64,000 bases of DNA from an uncultured Chloroflexia bacterium (GCA_963810095.1 CAWEMM010000006.1:1760001-1824000); one strand, 5' to 3'. Counted from the first letter of the stretch, positions 1 to 10,884 are shown. Program-made: numbers and translations. The notes: generated by a model not told the origin, from the sequence alone.

Positions 1-35
1 TTAGGATAGAGCCGCTCCGACCGGTCTTCCGTCAT
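1..35 (-). CDS. 5' end of a gene running off the window (MTEDRSERLYP...)
   Basis: ATG at 35 with a GGTGAG RBS-like motif upstream; only 11 codons visible. Confidence 0.3.
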   Translation of the reverse strand, partial: MTEDRSERLYP

Positions 36-77
36 CAGCTTGCACTCACCCGCTTGCACTCGTTCCTGTCGGGCCGT

Positions 78-118
78 AAAAAAGCCCCTGCCCCCCGGAG
101 CTCCCTGCTGGGCAGGGC
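78..118 (-). terminator. Rho-independent terminator after the ferredoxin gene
   Basis: Minus strand GCCCTGCCC...GGGCAGGGGC followed by a T6 tract. Confidence 0.7.
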
Positions 119-161
119 GGCTCCGCGCTGGCAGAGGCTTGGAGAAGTCCGCTCGGGCGGC

Positions 162-440
162 TTACTTCTTTGCCGAGTACCCGGGGCCAGTCTTGAAAAA
201 GGCCGCGTTGAGGGCGATCGAATCGACGTACTGCGGGAACTCGATCTTCAGGTCGTCTTCGGGGCGGATCGCGTCGACCGGGCATTCCGGCACGCAGGCG
301 CCGCAGTCGATGCAGGTGTCCGGGTCGATGTAGAACCAGGGCCACTCCGCCTCGGGCTCGCCGGCGATGATGCATTCCACCGGGCAAACCTCTGCGCAGG
401 CCCCATCGCGAATGCACAGATCAAAGATTACATGTGTCAT
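162..440 (-). CDS. Dicluster ferredoxin (4Fe-4S / 7Fe type)
   Basis: CIRDGACAEVCPVECI and CIDCGACVPECP motifs; AGGAGGAG RBS. Confidence 0.9.
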   Translation of the reverse strand: MTHVIFDLCIRDGACAEVCPVECIIAGEPEAEWPWFYIDPDTCIDCGACVPECPVDAIRPEDDLKIEFPQYVDSIALNAAFFKTGPGYSAKK

Positions 441-507
441 GGTGCTCCTCCTGGGCTCAGGTACGTGCGGGATGTGGAGAATGTGCCTTAAATGGCAGAG
501 TCACGCC

Positions 508-536
508 ATTCTAAAACGGCAGGAATGGATTGTCAA
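508..536 (-). promoter_or_regulatory. Sigma70-type promoter for the ferredoxin
   Basis: TTGACA-17 nt-TAGAAT on the minus strand. Confidence 0.75.
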
Positions 537-588
537 AAGTCATCGCCCCATCGCAAGGCGGGCTGCCCTCGCTCGAATGTTGGCGACC

Positions 589-1293
589 TCAGCTGTTGGC
601 CACCTCAGCAAGCTTGTCGGCGTCCTTGATCGTGATGCGCTTGCGGCCGATCTCGATCAGGCCCTGGCCTTTCATGTCGTTGAGCACCTGGGTTGCCGTC
701 TCGCGGTAGGTGCCGATGGTTTCGGCCAGGTCCTGGTGCGTCAGGCCCAGAATGTCATTCGAGCTGCGTTCGGCCGAGAGGCGCAGGAGCAAGGAGGCCA
801 ACCGTGCGGGGATGCCCTTGAAGGCCATATCTTCGAGGCGCGCCTCCGCGTCATTCAGGCGGCGCCCCGTGATCTCGAGCATGCGCAGGCCCACGACGGG
901 CTTGTTCAGGATGAGGCGTTCCAGGTCGGCCCGGCTCATCACGAGGATCAGGCAGTCGTCGAGCGCTTCGGCAAACGCGTTGTGCATCTGCTGGCCCAGG
1001 AGGGCCATTTCGCCGAACAGCGTCCCCGATCCGAGCGTCGCGATCACCAGCTTCTTGCCTTCGGGCGAGATGCGATACAACTGCACCTGGCCGGTTTTGA
1101 CCAGGAACAGCACTTCGCCCACGTCTTCGGGCTGGTAGAAGACCCGGCCGCGCGGGACGCTCGTGATAGTGGTCATGCGGTCGAGCTCGGTCATGTCGCG
1201 CTCCGAGAGGTCGCGGAACAGATCCACGTCTGACAAGTATCCGAGCTTCTCGTCCATCCGAGCCTCCGCCGTGGCGCCACCCATATCGTGCAT
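589..1293 (-). CDS. CRP/FNR family transcriptional regulator (CRP-like, no FNR Cys cluster)
   Basis: cNMP-binding domain (LFGEMALL) and C-terminal HTH ([20 protein letters not shown]). Confidence 0.92.
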   Translation of the reverse strand: MHDMGGATAEARMDEKLGYLSDVDLFRDLSERDMTELDRMTTITSVPRGRVFYQPEDVGEVLFLVKTGQVQLYRISPEGKKLVIATLGSGTLFGEMALLGQQMHNAFAEALDDCLILVMSRADLERLILNKPVVGLRMLEITGRRLNDAEARLEDMAFKGIPARLASLLLRLSAERSSNDILGLTHQDLAETIGTYRETATQVLNDMKGQGLIEIGRKRITIKDADKLAEVANS

Positions 1294-1385
1294 GACAACT
1301 CCTGTTCGCTGGTTGCGAACTCATTATAAAGGGCGCACAGACAAATGACAAGGCGAACAAACCCACTGCGTGTATAATGGGCCGC

Positions 1386-2827
1386 GTGAACGCATCCTCT
1401 GCCCCCCCGACGCATCCACTCTTCCGGCGTCTTGACGCGCTGCTGCTGGCCGTCCTCGTGCTTGCGCGCATCCGGATCGACTCGCTGGCCGAGGCCGCCG
1501 TGTTGCCTACACGCGTAGGCGACGTCATGCGCCATCCACTGCTCGGCAAGCTGTTGCCTGCCGACGCAATGGGCGTGCTGGCCCAGCAGCAACTCGTCGA
1601 CCCCGTCGCGCTGCTGCTGATCGTCGCCGCGCTCGGCTGCCTGTTGGCCTACCTGCTCGTCGACGAGTTCGTGCGGGCCGGCGCGGCGCGCTACCGGGCG
1701 AAGCTCACCCTGATCTGCCTCATCGTCGCGCTGACCGTATTTCTGCCCACCCTGAAGCTGGTACTGCTGCGCCAGCAGGGGGGGCCGGCGAGCTACAGCC
1801 ACGACGGTGGGGTGATTCAAACCGAGGCGACGATCGAGTATCTCCTGACCGGGCGGAACCCCTACGTCGAGGACTACGTGAACACGCCGATGGCCGAGTG
1901 GGGCATCAACGAGTTCCGTACCGCGCTCTATCATTATCCGTACCTGCCGTGGACCTTCCTCTTCTCGGCGCCGTTCAAGCTGCTCGGGCAGGCGCTGCTC
2001 GGCTGGTATGACCAGCGTTTCGTCTACCTGCTGCTCTTCGCCTTAACGCTGGCGCTGCTGCCGCGGCTGGCCGGCACACGCGAGCGGGCACTGCTGCTGG
2101 TCATGCTCATCGGGCTTAACCCGATCATGGGCTCGGACCTGATCTACGGGCAGAACGACAGCTTTGTTTTGGCATGGATCGTGCTGAGCCTGTGGCTGTG
2201 GCAGCGGGGCCGCGGCCGCGGCGAGGGGTGGCGGATCGCGTCGGCGGCCGTGTTCGGCCTGGCGTGTGCCAGCAAGCCGACGGCCTGGTTCCTCGCGCCT
2301 TTCTACCTGCTGTGGGCCATCCGCGATGCCGCGCCCCTTGCGTCGCTCGACGTACGCGGCTTTCTGCGGCAGGCCGTGCGCTACGGCTGGCCGGCGGGGG
2401 TGACGGCGCTGCTGGTCGTAGGGCCCTATTTCGCCTGGAACCCGGGTGCGATCGTCGACGACGTCTGGAAGTGGTCGGCCGGCACATCGGCGACGGCCTA
2501 CCAGATCTGGGGCTGGGGCGCTTCAAACCTGGTGCTGGCGCTCGGTTGGGTCAAGACGCGGTTCGACGCCTGGCCGTTCTGGTTGCCCGAGCTGCTCGTG
2601 GGCGTGCCGCTAATGGCGGTGCTCCTTGTGCGCCAGTGGCGCGGAATTCGCTGGGCCGCGCTCTGTGGAGCTACGCGCTCTTCCTCTTTACGTTCTTCTT
2701 TGTGTCTCGCTTCTTAAACGAGAACTACTTGGGGTACATTCTGGGGTTTCTGGCGCTGGGGGCGCTGGCGCTGGATGCGTCGGGTGCGAACGGCCGCCGG
2801 GAGGCACAGGACGCGAACCAGGGCTGA
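1386..2827 (+). CDS. Membrane GT-C glycosyltransferase (GT87-like); apparent frameshift near 2643
   Basis: Polytopic; GRNPY, YPYLP, GQND and ACASK motifs; C-terminus continues in another frame ([15 protein letters not shown]...). Confidence 0.75.
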
Positions 2828-2876
2828 TGTACGTGGGGGCGCGCATCAGCCCGGCTGGAAGGTTCGCGAGATGGCC

Positions 2877-3773
2877 CTATCGGTCGCCGTTGCGGGGCGC
2901 GAGCTGCTTCAGCGTGGTCTGCACGTCGGACATTTGATCACGCAGCGTGTCCGAGTAGACGCGCAGGAAGCGCTCGTTGTGCGCGTTCCAAGTGGCGCCG
3001 CGCTCCGGTTCGGCCAGTGCAAGGGCCTGGGACAACCCATGTAGGGCGGCCGCGGCCGCGCTCCATGAGGGCAGCAAGCCCACCGTCGCCACCGGCGCGT
3101 AGAGCACGTACTGCGCCACAGACGCGATGGAATTGGTGGCCGAACCCGCAATTGCCACGGTCTTGGCGCCCACGTCCCGCGCGACCTTCAACATGACCGA
3201 GACGCCCGGCGTCATGGCGGTCATGCCGATGCACAGCACCGCGTCGTCGGAGCCGAGCGTGACCGACATGGCGGCCTGGCCGGCCAGCTCTTGCGAGACG
3301 GCATGCGCGGCATAGCCGAGGCTGACGAGCCGGTCTGCGAAGGCCTCGCAGAGGTAGCCCAAATTGCCTTCCCCCGCGACAAAGATCCGCTTGGCATCCT
3401 TCAGAACCTTGACCACGCACTCGACCGTTTCGGCCTCAAAATGAAGCAGCGAGTAATCGAGGTTGTTGCGATCCTGCATGAGATTGCGGCGGTAGACCTG
3501 GGCCGGCGAGTTGTCGCCCTCCGGCGGCTCGTACACTGCCCGCAGGTCGCGTTTGACCTCTTCCTGGACCTCGTTGATCAGTTCCGGGAAGCCGGGGTAG
3601 CCCAACCGTTGGGCAAAGCGTACGACCAGAGCGGTGTCGACGTCAACCACGCGCGCGATTTCTGCGGCGGTCATGAAGGCAGCGTCCTGGTAGTGGTTCA
3701 GCAGGTAGTCGGCGATCCGCCGATACCCGGGGGAAAACTGGCCGTATAGGGCGCGAATTCCTTCTCTAAACAC
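2877..3773 (-). CDS. MurR/RpiR family regulator (HTH + SIS)
   Basis: IADYLL...VVRFAQRLGYPGFPEL signature followed by a SIS domain. Confidence 0.9.
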   Translation of the reverse strand: MFREGIRALYGQFSPGYRRIADYLLNHYQDAAFMTAAEIARVVDVDTALVVRFAQRLGYPGFPELINEVQEEVKRDLRAVYEPPEGDNSPAQVYRRNLMQDRNNLDYSLLHFEAETVECVVKVLKDAKRIFVAGEGNLGYLCEAFADRLVSLGYAAHAVSQELAGQAAMSVTLGSDDAVLCIGMTAMTPGVSVMLKVARDVGAKTVAIAGSATNSIASVAQYVLYAPVATVGLLPSWSAAAAALHGLSQALALAEPERGATWNAHNERFLRVYSDTLRDQMSDVQTTLKQLAPRNGDR

Positions 3774-3936
3774 TGGGATACTCCGAGGGGTGGATGGCTT
3801 AACCGCCGGGCAGTCGCCCGGGGGTTAGCCGAAACTTGCGCCGAAACTCGGCGTTGCGCGCCCACAACCGTCGCTCTACAGTGGGGGAGTTGATGGTTGC
3901 AGGTAGGCCACGCCGCTACCACTGCAGGGCAGCCGG

Positions 3937-4762
3937 CTACGACAACTCTGACAGGGCATGGGCGATCTCGGCCGATCGCTTGGATGCAGCTTCCGGCTGC
4001 ATGCGGGCCAACGTTTGCGCGATGGCGGTGCACAATGCGTAGAGGCTGGTCAGGCTCGGGAGACTGTCGTCCGTCTCGCCGGGTGCGTAGAGCAGGTGCT
4101 CGGCCGCGCGAGCGGCCTGGCTGCTCAGGCTGGGTGTACACGCCAGCGTGATGCCGCCCTCGCCGCGCGCGTACTTGAGCAGCCCGCGCGACGCCCGACG
4201 GCCCTTCGACCGGCGTCATGCCAATTACGACCTCTTTGCGCACGACGCGGCTCAGGGCCGTGGCGCGCTCATAGACGTCGCCCGAGGCGTACACGACGGG
4301 CAGGCCGGCCTCGCGCAGCATACCTGCGAAGGACTCGGCGAGCGGCGCCGCGAAGGACTCGCCGGTCACCACGATCCGCGGGGCCGCCCGCAGCATGTCG
4401 AGGATATTTTCGAGCGAGTCGGGTGTGTTGTGCGCGAGCGCCTTCTCGAGATTCGCCCGGTCTCTGGCAACCAGGGACTGCACTTTGCCGTAAAGCCCAC
4501 CCTCGTCGGTGGGAGTTGCGTATGTCTGGCTGAGTTCCAGCTTCACCTGTTCCTGAATATCTTCGATGAGTTCAGGAAAGCCCGGATAACCCAGGCGTTG
4601 AGCAAAACGGACAACCGTGGTCGTATCCACATCCACTGCATCTGCCAACGCGGCAGCAGTCATGAAGGCCGCAGTGCGATAATCGCTGAGGATGAAGTCG
4701 GCCACACGACGGTAACTGCGAGACAGATGGTCGTAGTGTTTGCGGATCTGCTCTCGGAACAT
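3937..4762 (-). CDS. MurR/RpiR family regulator paralog; apparent frameshift near 4182
   Basis: Same VVRFAQRLGYPGFPEL motif; SIS C-terminus (LKYARGEGG...HLLYAPG) continues in another frame to TAG at 3937. Confidence 0.8.
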
Positions 4763-4882
4763 TATTCACCTCGGTGGTATGCACACGCGTGTAAATCCCA
4801 ACGCCCGCGCTTCGCTGACGATTGGGCCGGACTCTACCAGAAGGGTTGAGACCTGGAGCGCCTACTTAGTGAGTGCAAAATG

Positions 4883-4911
4883 ATACTACAACATCACATG
4901 TGAATTGTCAA
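4883..4911 (-). promoter_or_regulatory. Promoter for the RpiR pair, with palindrome TCACATGTGA (4894-4903) in the spacer
   Basis: TTGACA-17-TAGTAT on the minus strand; 10-bp perfect palindrome between the hexamers. Confidence 0.6.
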
Positions 4912-5069
4912 ATCATCTTATGCTGAAATGGCTCGTGGACTCTATGAGCAAGGACTTGTGCCGGTGGTGGCCGAGGCTTACGCCGTTTGTTGTTTTTGCC
5001 TGCATTCAATGCCGACAGAGGCGCCTGATTCTTTTGACACCGCGTGGACTCTCGGCTATTCTTGCGCCA

Positions 5070-6143
5070 GTGATATCAACGTGCATCCTCTTGTTGCGAT
5101 ACGTGCAAGTGCGTCCATTTTTCCTGGCACTTCTGGTTCCGGCCTTGATTCTCAGTGGCTGTGCGACGCGGACCCCGCAACCTGCAATCAAGGTTGCCCC
5201 CGGTGTATCGCCTGCCGGCCTGCCTTCGGCCGCCACCGCCATCCCGACCTTGACGGCAAGTGCGACGGCGACACAAACACCGGTTCCGGCCGCAACTGCG
5301 ACGGCGACACACACACCGACTCGGACCGCAACCGCGACGGCGACACACACACCGTCTGCGACAGCGACCCCCGCTGCGACGGCGACCGCAACCCTTAAGC
5401 CCTCAGTGACGCCTACGCCCGGTCCCACACCGGACGGCGTGGCCAGAACGCTCGACGTCCCGATCCTGATGTACCACTACGTCTCGAAGCCGCCCGCCGG
5501 GTCGGACGTATATCGCCGCGACCTGTCGGTGACGCCCGAGCGTTTCGCCGAGCAGATGCGCTATCTGCGGGAGGCGGGCTATACGTCGATCACGCTGGAC
5601 GACCTGCTCTACGCGCTCACGCAAGGCCGCCCGCTGCCGCCGAAGCCGGTCATTCTCACCTTCGACGACGGTTACGTGGACAATTACGTGAACGCGTTTC
5701 CCATCCTGCGCGAGAACGGGTTCACGGGCACCTTCTTCATCATGACGGACCTGGTCACGGATGGCGCGGCAGGGTACATGACCTGGTCGCAGGTCGAGGA
5801 GATGGCTGCCGCGGGCCAGCGCTTCGGGTCGCACGGACGCCAGGATCACCGGTCACTGAGCGGCCGTTCGGTGGATTACCTCGTGTGGACCGCGCTGGGG
5901 AGCAAAGAGGCGATCGAGGAGCACCTGGGGTACGCCCCGCGATGGGTCGCCTACCCTTCCGGTGAATACGACGAGCGCACGATCGCCGTATTCCGTTCGG
6001 CGGGCTATTGGGGCGGGCTGACGATTGACCAGGGGGTCAGGCACACGCTCGACGACATTTTCGAGTTGCGCCGGATCCGGGTGCGCGGCTCGCATAGCGC
6101 GGGCGACCTGGCGCGGCTGCTCGCAACTGGCTGGCAGCAATAG
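5070..6143 (+). CDS. Polysaccharide deacetylase (CE4/NodB) lipoprotein with Thr/Ala/Pro linker
   Basis: ILMYH, ILTFDDGY and GSH motifs; LSGC lipobox; start chosen from TTGACA-17-TATTCT promoter 7 nt upstream of GTG. Confidence 0.85.
   Translation: MISTCILLLRYVQVRPFFLALLVPALILSGCATRTPQPAIKVAPGVSPAGLPSAATAIPTLTASATATQTPVPAATATATHTPTRTATATATHTPSATATPAATATATLKPSVTPTPGPTPDGVARTLDVPILMYHYVSKPPAGSDVYRRDLSVTPERFAEQMRYLREAGYTSITLDDLLYALTQGRPLPPKPVILTFDDGYVDNYVNAFPILRENGFTGTFFIMTDLVTDGAAGYMTWSQVEEMAAAGQRFGSHGRQDHRSLSGRSVDYLVWTALGSKEAIEEHLGYAPRWVAYPSGEYDERTIAVFRSAGYWGGLTIDQGVRHTLDDIFELRRIRVRGSHSAGDLARLLATGWQQ
5262..5369 (+). repeat. 3 x 36-bp coding tandem repeat (ATATxTPxxxAT)
   Basis: GCGACGGCGACACAMACACCG at 5262, 5298 and 5334. 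Confidence 0.8.
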
Positions 6144-6170
6144 GGACGTCGCACCGGCGTCCCTGCGCTC

Positions 6171-6235
6171 AGAACCAGGTTTCGTCTCAGCACGCTGCCG
6201 CCGCACGCTGCTGAGGGTAGGGAAACCTGGTTTCT
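6171..6235. repeat. Palindromic REP-like element (AAACCWGGTTT family) between convergent genes
   Basis: AGAACCAGGTTTC...CTCAGCA...TGCTGAG...GAAACCTGGTTTCT. Confidence 0.6.
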
Positions 6236-7008
6236 TATTTCTTCTCCGCAATTGCGATGATCGACGTGCCGAACGGCAGGTTCAGGCGCTTGAGCAGCGC
6301 GACCTCGACCTTGCCCACGAAGGTCAACAGCACGTTCACCATGGGCGACGCGGGCTCCATCTCCACCTGGTACGCGTGCTCGTCGAAGTGTGGCGAGGCG
6401 AGCTCGGGCTCGGCGCGGCCGCGGCGCAGCAGGATCAGCAGCGCGGCCAGCGGGAAGATGAAGAAGTTGTTGTAGGAAATACGCAGCACCCGAAACCCGT
6501 GTGCCTCCAGTTTGCTGCGGAGCTCGGGAACGGTGTAGCGGCGCTGGTGCATGTTGATTACGTCGTTGCGGCTCCACAGGAACATGAAGGCAGGTCCCGT
6601 CACCAGCAGCTTGCCGCCCTGCTGCAGCACCCGCATGCACTCGTCGAAGACCTGGCCCTCTGCCGGCACATGCTCTACCGTGTCGAGCACGGTCAGCAGG
6701 TCGAACTCACCGTCTGCGAACGGCAGGGCGTCGGCGGTCCCTTCGCGCACGGCGAGCCCGCGCTCGCGCGCAACCTGCAGCGGCCGCGGGTTGTTGTCGA
6801 CGCCCGTTACCCGGCCGTAATGGGCGAGGTGGTGCATCATGTTCCCCGCGCCGCACCCCACGTCGAGCACGCGCAAGCCCTTCCCGGCCCCCACATAGCG
6901 ATCCAAATAAGCCAGGATGGCCCGGGTGCGAGAGGCAAACCACCAATGCTTGTCTTCTTCGAGCACCACCAGCATGGGTGTGCTGGGCAGCATCGGGGTG
7001 GATGTCAT
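6235..7008 (-). CDS. Class I SAM-dependent methyltransferase (glycan-cluster type)
   Basis: EDKHWWF, VLDVGCGAG and HQRRY motifs. Confidence 0.88.
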   Translation of the reverse strand: MTSTPMLPSTPMLVVLEEDKHWWFASRTRAILAYLDRYVGAGKGLRVLDVGCGAGNMMHHLAHYGRVTGVDNNPRPLQVARERGLAVREGTADALPFADGEFDLLTVLDTVEHVPAEGQVFDECMRVLQQGGKLLVTGPAFMFLWSRNDVINMHQRRYTVPELRSKLEAHGFRVLRISYNNFFIFPLAALLILLRRGRAEPELASPHFDEHAYQVEMEPASPMVNVLLTFVGKVEVALLKRLNLPFGTSIIAIAEKK

Positions 7009-7100
7009 GGTTTTCTCCTACTCTGGAAGATCTTAAGCAATTGGGTATCGCCTCAGCGGACGTACGGTGCAGGAACCTGGTTCCTTGATGCGCCTGCGAT

Positions 7101-8270
7101 CTATGCGTCGAGCAACCGCAGCGCGGCGTCGACAACTTGTTGCGGTGGAATGGCGGCCATGCACTGGTGCAGCGGCAGCGCGCGGGCGGGCCAGTCCAGG
7201 CGGTCACACGGGACGCACGCGAACGGCGAGACGAGCACGACGTTGCGCGCCGGATCGCCCCAGGGGCCGAACTTGGCGGCGGGCACAGGGCCGTACAGGT
7301 GCACGGTCTTGGCGCCGGTGGCGACCGCAAGATGCAGGGGCCCCGAGTCCGAGCCCACGACCAGGTCACTGGCCCCGTACACCGCGGCAAGCTGGCCGAA
7401 AGTTGTCTGGCCGGCCAGGTCCAGCACGGCGAACGGCAGCTGGGCGGCGACGGCCGCTGCCAGGTCCTTTTCGCCGGGGCCGCCCGTCAAGACGATTCGG
7501 GCGCGCCGGTCGGCGTGCAGGGCACCCGCGACGGCGGCCCAGTGTGCGGCAGGCCATTGCTTTACAGCCGCGCCCGCGCCCGGATGGATGGCGACGATTG
7601 GCTCCTCTGTCTCGTGGCGCAGCCGGGTGGCAGCCCACTCCGCATCACCGGGTTGGACCCAGTAGCGCGTGGGCCCGAGCCCTTGCTCGAGCCCGGGTGC
7701 AAGTGCCTCGAGCAGCCGTGCATTCTGGTGGGCTTCGTGGCGGCCCGGGACGTAAGGCAGGGACTCGGTGAGGAACGACCTCGTCTCGGGCCACGCGTAG
7801 CCAATCCGGCGGGGGATACCCGCGGCTGCCGCCAGCCACGCGCCCCACCAATGATCGTAACGCAGGACGACCGCCGTGTCGAACCGGCCGCGGAGCTCTG
7901 CAGCAACCTGATGGAGGGTGCGGTACGGCGCGAAGGGGCTCGACTTCGCCTTGCGCTCGAAGCCCGGGAAGGAGCACACCTCGACCGCGTCGACGTCCGG
8001 GTTGCCTGCCACCGCCTCACGGCCCCACGGGCCCAGCAACAGGGTCAGGCGGGCGGCGGGCAGCGCGGCACGCAGCGCATGGAGGGCCGGGGTTAGCAGC
8101 AGTACGTCGCCGAGGTGGTCGGGGCGGATCAGCAGCACGCTTTCGGGCGCCCGGCCAGATCGCGGCCGGTCATAGCTCGAGCCGATGGCCGTCAGCCCGG
8201 CAAGCCTGGCCCGCTGGAGCGGCGTGCGGACGGCTGGCGCAGCCGAGGGGAGGAACTCTTGGCTTTCCAT
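7101..8270 (-). CDS. Glycosyltransferase family 9 (heptosyltransferase-like)
   Basis: RPDHLGDVLLLTP, IHPGAG..KQWP and DSGPLHLA motifs. Confidence 0.9.
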   Translation of the reverse strand: MESQEFLPSAAPAVRTPLQRARLAGLTAIGSSYDRPRSGRAPESVLLIRPDHLGDVLLLTPALHALRAALPAARLTLLLGPWGREAVAGNPDVDAVEVCSFPGFERKAKSSPFAPYRTLHQVAAELRGRFDTAVVLRYDHWWGAWLAAAAGIPRRIGYAWPETRSFLTESLPYVPGRHEAHQNARLLEALAPGLEQGLGPTRYWVQPGDAEWAATRLRHETEEPIVAIHPGAGAAVKQWPAAHWAAVAGALHADRRARIVLTGGPGEKDLAAAVAAQLPFAVLDLAGQTTFGQLAAVYGASDLVVGSDSGPLHLAVATGAKTVHLYGPVPAAKFGPWGDPARNVVLVSPFACVPCDRLDWPARALPLHQCMAAIPPQQVVDAALRLLDA

Positions 8271-9511
8271 CACCCGTACAGCGCCTCGAGCTGCGGAACG
8301 ATGGCATCCCAGCCGTAATGCGCCTCCACAAACGCGCGGGCCGCGTGTCCCAGCCGGGCGGCTTCTGCCCGCCCGCGCAGGAGGCTGACCGCCCGGTCGG
8401 CGAAGGCGTGCGGTTCGTCCGCATAGACGACCTCGCGGCCATCCTGCAGGGGGAAGCCGTCGCAGCCGAGCCGCGTCGACACCACGGCCTGGCCCATCGC
8501 CATGGCTTCCAGCACCTTCAGCCGCGTCCCGCCGCCAATGCGGAGTGGGATCACGTAGGCTCCGGCGCCTGCGATGTAGGGCCGGGTATCGGGGACTTTG
8601 CCCGTGACGATGATGCCGGGTTGCTCGGCGAGCGCGGCGACGCGTGGGCTGGGCTGCTGCCCGACGACATAAAAGGCTGCATCGGGCGCCTGGGCGCGGA
8701 TAAGCGGGAAGACCGCCTCGGCAAACCAGGTTACTGCGTCCACGTTCGGCCGGTAGTCCATCTTGCCGGTGAACACGAGGCTGTCCGGTCCCATATCCGC
8801 CAGCGGGGGCACGACGCCCGGCCGGTAGAAATCGAGGTCGACGCCGTTCGGAATCACGGTGACGTCGAGCAGCGGATCGAGGCGCAGGAGCGCGGAACGG
8901 TCGACGTCAGACACGGCAGCGACCTTGTCGGCCGCCCGGCAGACGCGGCGCTCGTATGCCGCCAGCTTGCGCCATTGAATCAGGGAATAACCTGCGGCGA
9001 TCCAGCGCTTCGGACGGCGCACGTCCGTGGCGAAGGCCCGCTGCTGCAGCACGTACTCGGCATTATGGTCGTCATAGACGAAGCGCGGCCGCGGCCCCAA
9101 CAGGTCGCGTTGGAGCCCGAGCATATAGGGCGCCATTTCGATGCCTTCCACCTGGATCACGTCGTAGGGCTCGGGCGAGTGCGCGGCAAGGTCGAGCAAG
9201 GCCAAGTGCATTTCGGCTGCGTTCAGGCGCAGCGCCATATCGGGCGCCGCGCTGAGCAGCGTATCGCGCGCCCGAACGGACATCGTCCGGGCCGGCTGGG
9301 GCCGCGCAAGGACTTCGCGGCAATAGGGCCGCAGCAGGTCGACTGCCTGCGCGGACATGCCGGGCGCCAGAAAAGTCACCAGGTCGATCGTGTGGCGCCG
9401 CGACAGGCCGGCGAGCAGGTTGAAATTGCGGATCGTGGTGCCCTGCACCGAGCCGGTAAGCGCCTGGGGAGGAACGGGGAGCTGAGGAGCCAGGATCAGT
9501 ACGCGCGCCAC
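8270..9511 (-). CDS. Glycosyltransferase family 4
   Basis: FTGKMDYRPN and GGGTRLKVLEAMA motifs; GTG start overlaps the upstream stop. Confidence 0.9.
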   Translation of the reverse strand: MARVLILAPQLPVPPQALTGSVQGTTIRNFNLLAGLSRRHTIDLVTFLAPGMSAQAVDLLRPYCREVLARPQPARTMSVRARDTLLSAAPDMALRLNAAEMHLALLDLAAHSPEPYDVIQVEGIEMAPYMLGLQRDLLGPRPRFVYDDHNAEYVLQQRAFATDVRRPKRWIAAGYSLIQWRKLAAYERRVCRAADKVAAVSDVDRSALLRLDPLLDVTVIPNGVDLDFYRPGVVPPLADMGPDSLVFTGKMDYRPNVDAVTWFAEAVFPLIRAQAPDAAFYVVGQQPSPRVAALAEQPGIIVTGKVPDTRPYIAGAGAYVIPLRIGGGTRLKVLEAMAMGQAVVSTRLGCDGFPLQDGREVVYADEPHAFADRAVSLLRGRAEAARLGHAARAFVEAHYGWDAIVPQLEALYG

Positions 9512-10617
9512 TAGCCTGCCACTTTTCGGTAAACGGCCATCGTCTGTTCGGCCGCACGGCGCCACGAGAAGCTCGCAGCCCGCTGCTGCGCCTTCATGCG
9601 CAGCGATGCGGCCAGGTCCTTGTCGGTCAGGATCCGCCAGAGCGCGACGGTGATTTCTTCATCCTGATTCGGGTCGACGAGCAGGGCCGCGTCACCCACT
9701 ACCTCGGGCAGGCTGGAAACGTTCGAGACGATGGTGGGGGTGCCGCACGCCATCGCTTCCAGCGGCGTCAGGCCGAAGCCCTCGTAAAACGCCGGATGGA
9801 CAAGGCAGCGCGCGGCATTATACAGGTAGGGCAGATCGTTGGTTTCGACCCGGCCGAGGAAGTAGGTGTGCTCCTTGAGGTTGAGCTGGTTGACCAGCGC
9901 ATGTACGTCGTCGTTCAGCCAACCCGGCGAGCCGGCCAGGACGAGGGCCGGTGTGAGCCGGTAGTCATCCCGCAACCGCCGGTATGCCCGGAGCAGCCCG
10001 CCCACATTCTTCCGCGGCTCGATGGTGGAGACAAACAGAATGAAGTCGTCTGGGACGCCGTACAGGGCCTGCACGCGCTGCAGCGCTTCGGCCCGGGGGA
10101 TCGGGCGCATGCGGGGGTCGGCCGCTTCGTGGATGACGGTGATGCGCTCTTCGGCCACGCCGAGCATGCGCACTAAGTCGTTCTTGGTACTGTGTGAAAC
10201 GGCAATAATGTGATCGGCCCGGCGCACCGCCCGGTCGATCTGCCCGTAATAGCGGGCTCCGTCCTTGGTAAGGAAGTGGGGGTAGATCAGGAAGGCCAGG
10301 TCATGGATCGTGATGACGCTCCTGCCCTTGTAGCGGAGCGGAGGGACGAAGTCGGGGCTGTGGAAGAGGTTCACGTTGAGCCCGCCAATCACCCAAGGCA
10401 GCAGTACTTGTTCGAGCGTGTGATGGCTGGGCACCTGGGAATAGGCCACGCGGACGTTGCCGGCGCCGATCAGTTTTTGCTGCTGGCGGCGGTCTTGAAG
10501 CAGTACGAAGCGGTCTTGGGGAAAGGCCTCGGCAAGGGCCTGAGTCAGGCGCAGCGTGTATTCGCCGATGCCCGCGCGGGTGTAATACACGAGTCTTGCG
10601 TCGATCCCTACATGCAT
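9511..10617 (-). CDS. Glycosyltransferase family 4 (MtfB/WbaZ-like)
   Basis: [13 protein letters not shown] and [15 protein letters not shown] motifs. Confidence 0.92.
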   Translation of the reverse strand: MHVGIDARLVYYTRAGIGEYTLRLTQALAEAFPQDRFVLLQDRRQQQKLIGAGNVRVAYSQVPSHHTLEQVLLPWVIGGLNVNLFHSPDFVPPLRYKGRSVITIHDLAFLIYPHFLTKDGARYYGQIDRAVRRADHIIAVSHSTKNDLVRMLGVAEERITVIHEAADPRMRPIPRAEALQRVQALYGVPDDFILFVSTIEPRKNVGGLLRAYRRLRDDYRLTPALVLAGSPGWLNDDVHALVNQLNLKEHTYFLGRVETNDLPYLYNAARCLVHPAFYEGFGLTPLEAMACGTPTIVSNVSSLPEVVGDAALLVDPNQDEEITVALWRILTDKDLAASLRMKAQQRAASFSWRRAAEQTMAVYRKVAG

Positions 10618-10884
10618 GACAACGGCTGTCCTCTAGCGTCTGCACCGGCACGAGGGCCGGCCATGAGCGGATGAATAACAAGCCCTCCGCCCCGGAATGC
10701 CGAGAAGGAGGGCTTCGACGACCCACGCCATGTGCGCATGATATCACGGACGTCGCGGGGGCGTCAAATGAAATCCTTAACATCCTTTGCGTCTTGCGCT
10801 ATAATGAGTGCGAGCCAGCGTATCTGTCTGCTGGCAGCCATTCCGCCGCAAAGCTGCGGCATGTGGGTCTCAGGGAGGTCTCCA

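Noticed and set aside
530-543. CRP-type box ATGAC-TTTT-GACAA at the ferredoxin promoter
   Set aside because: One core mismatch, explained by the TTGACA -35, and not at the -41.5 position.
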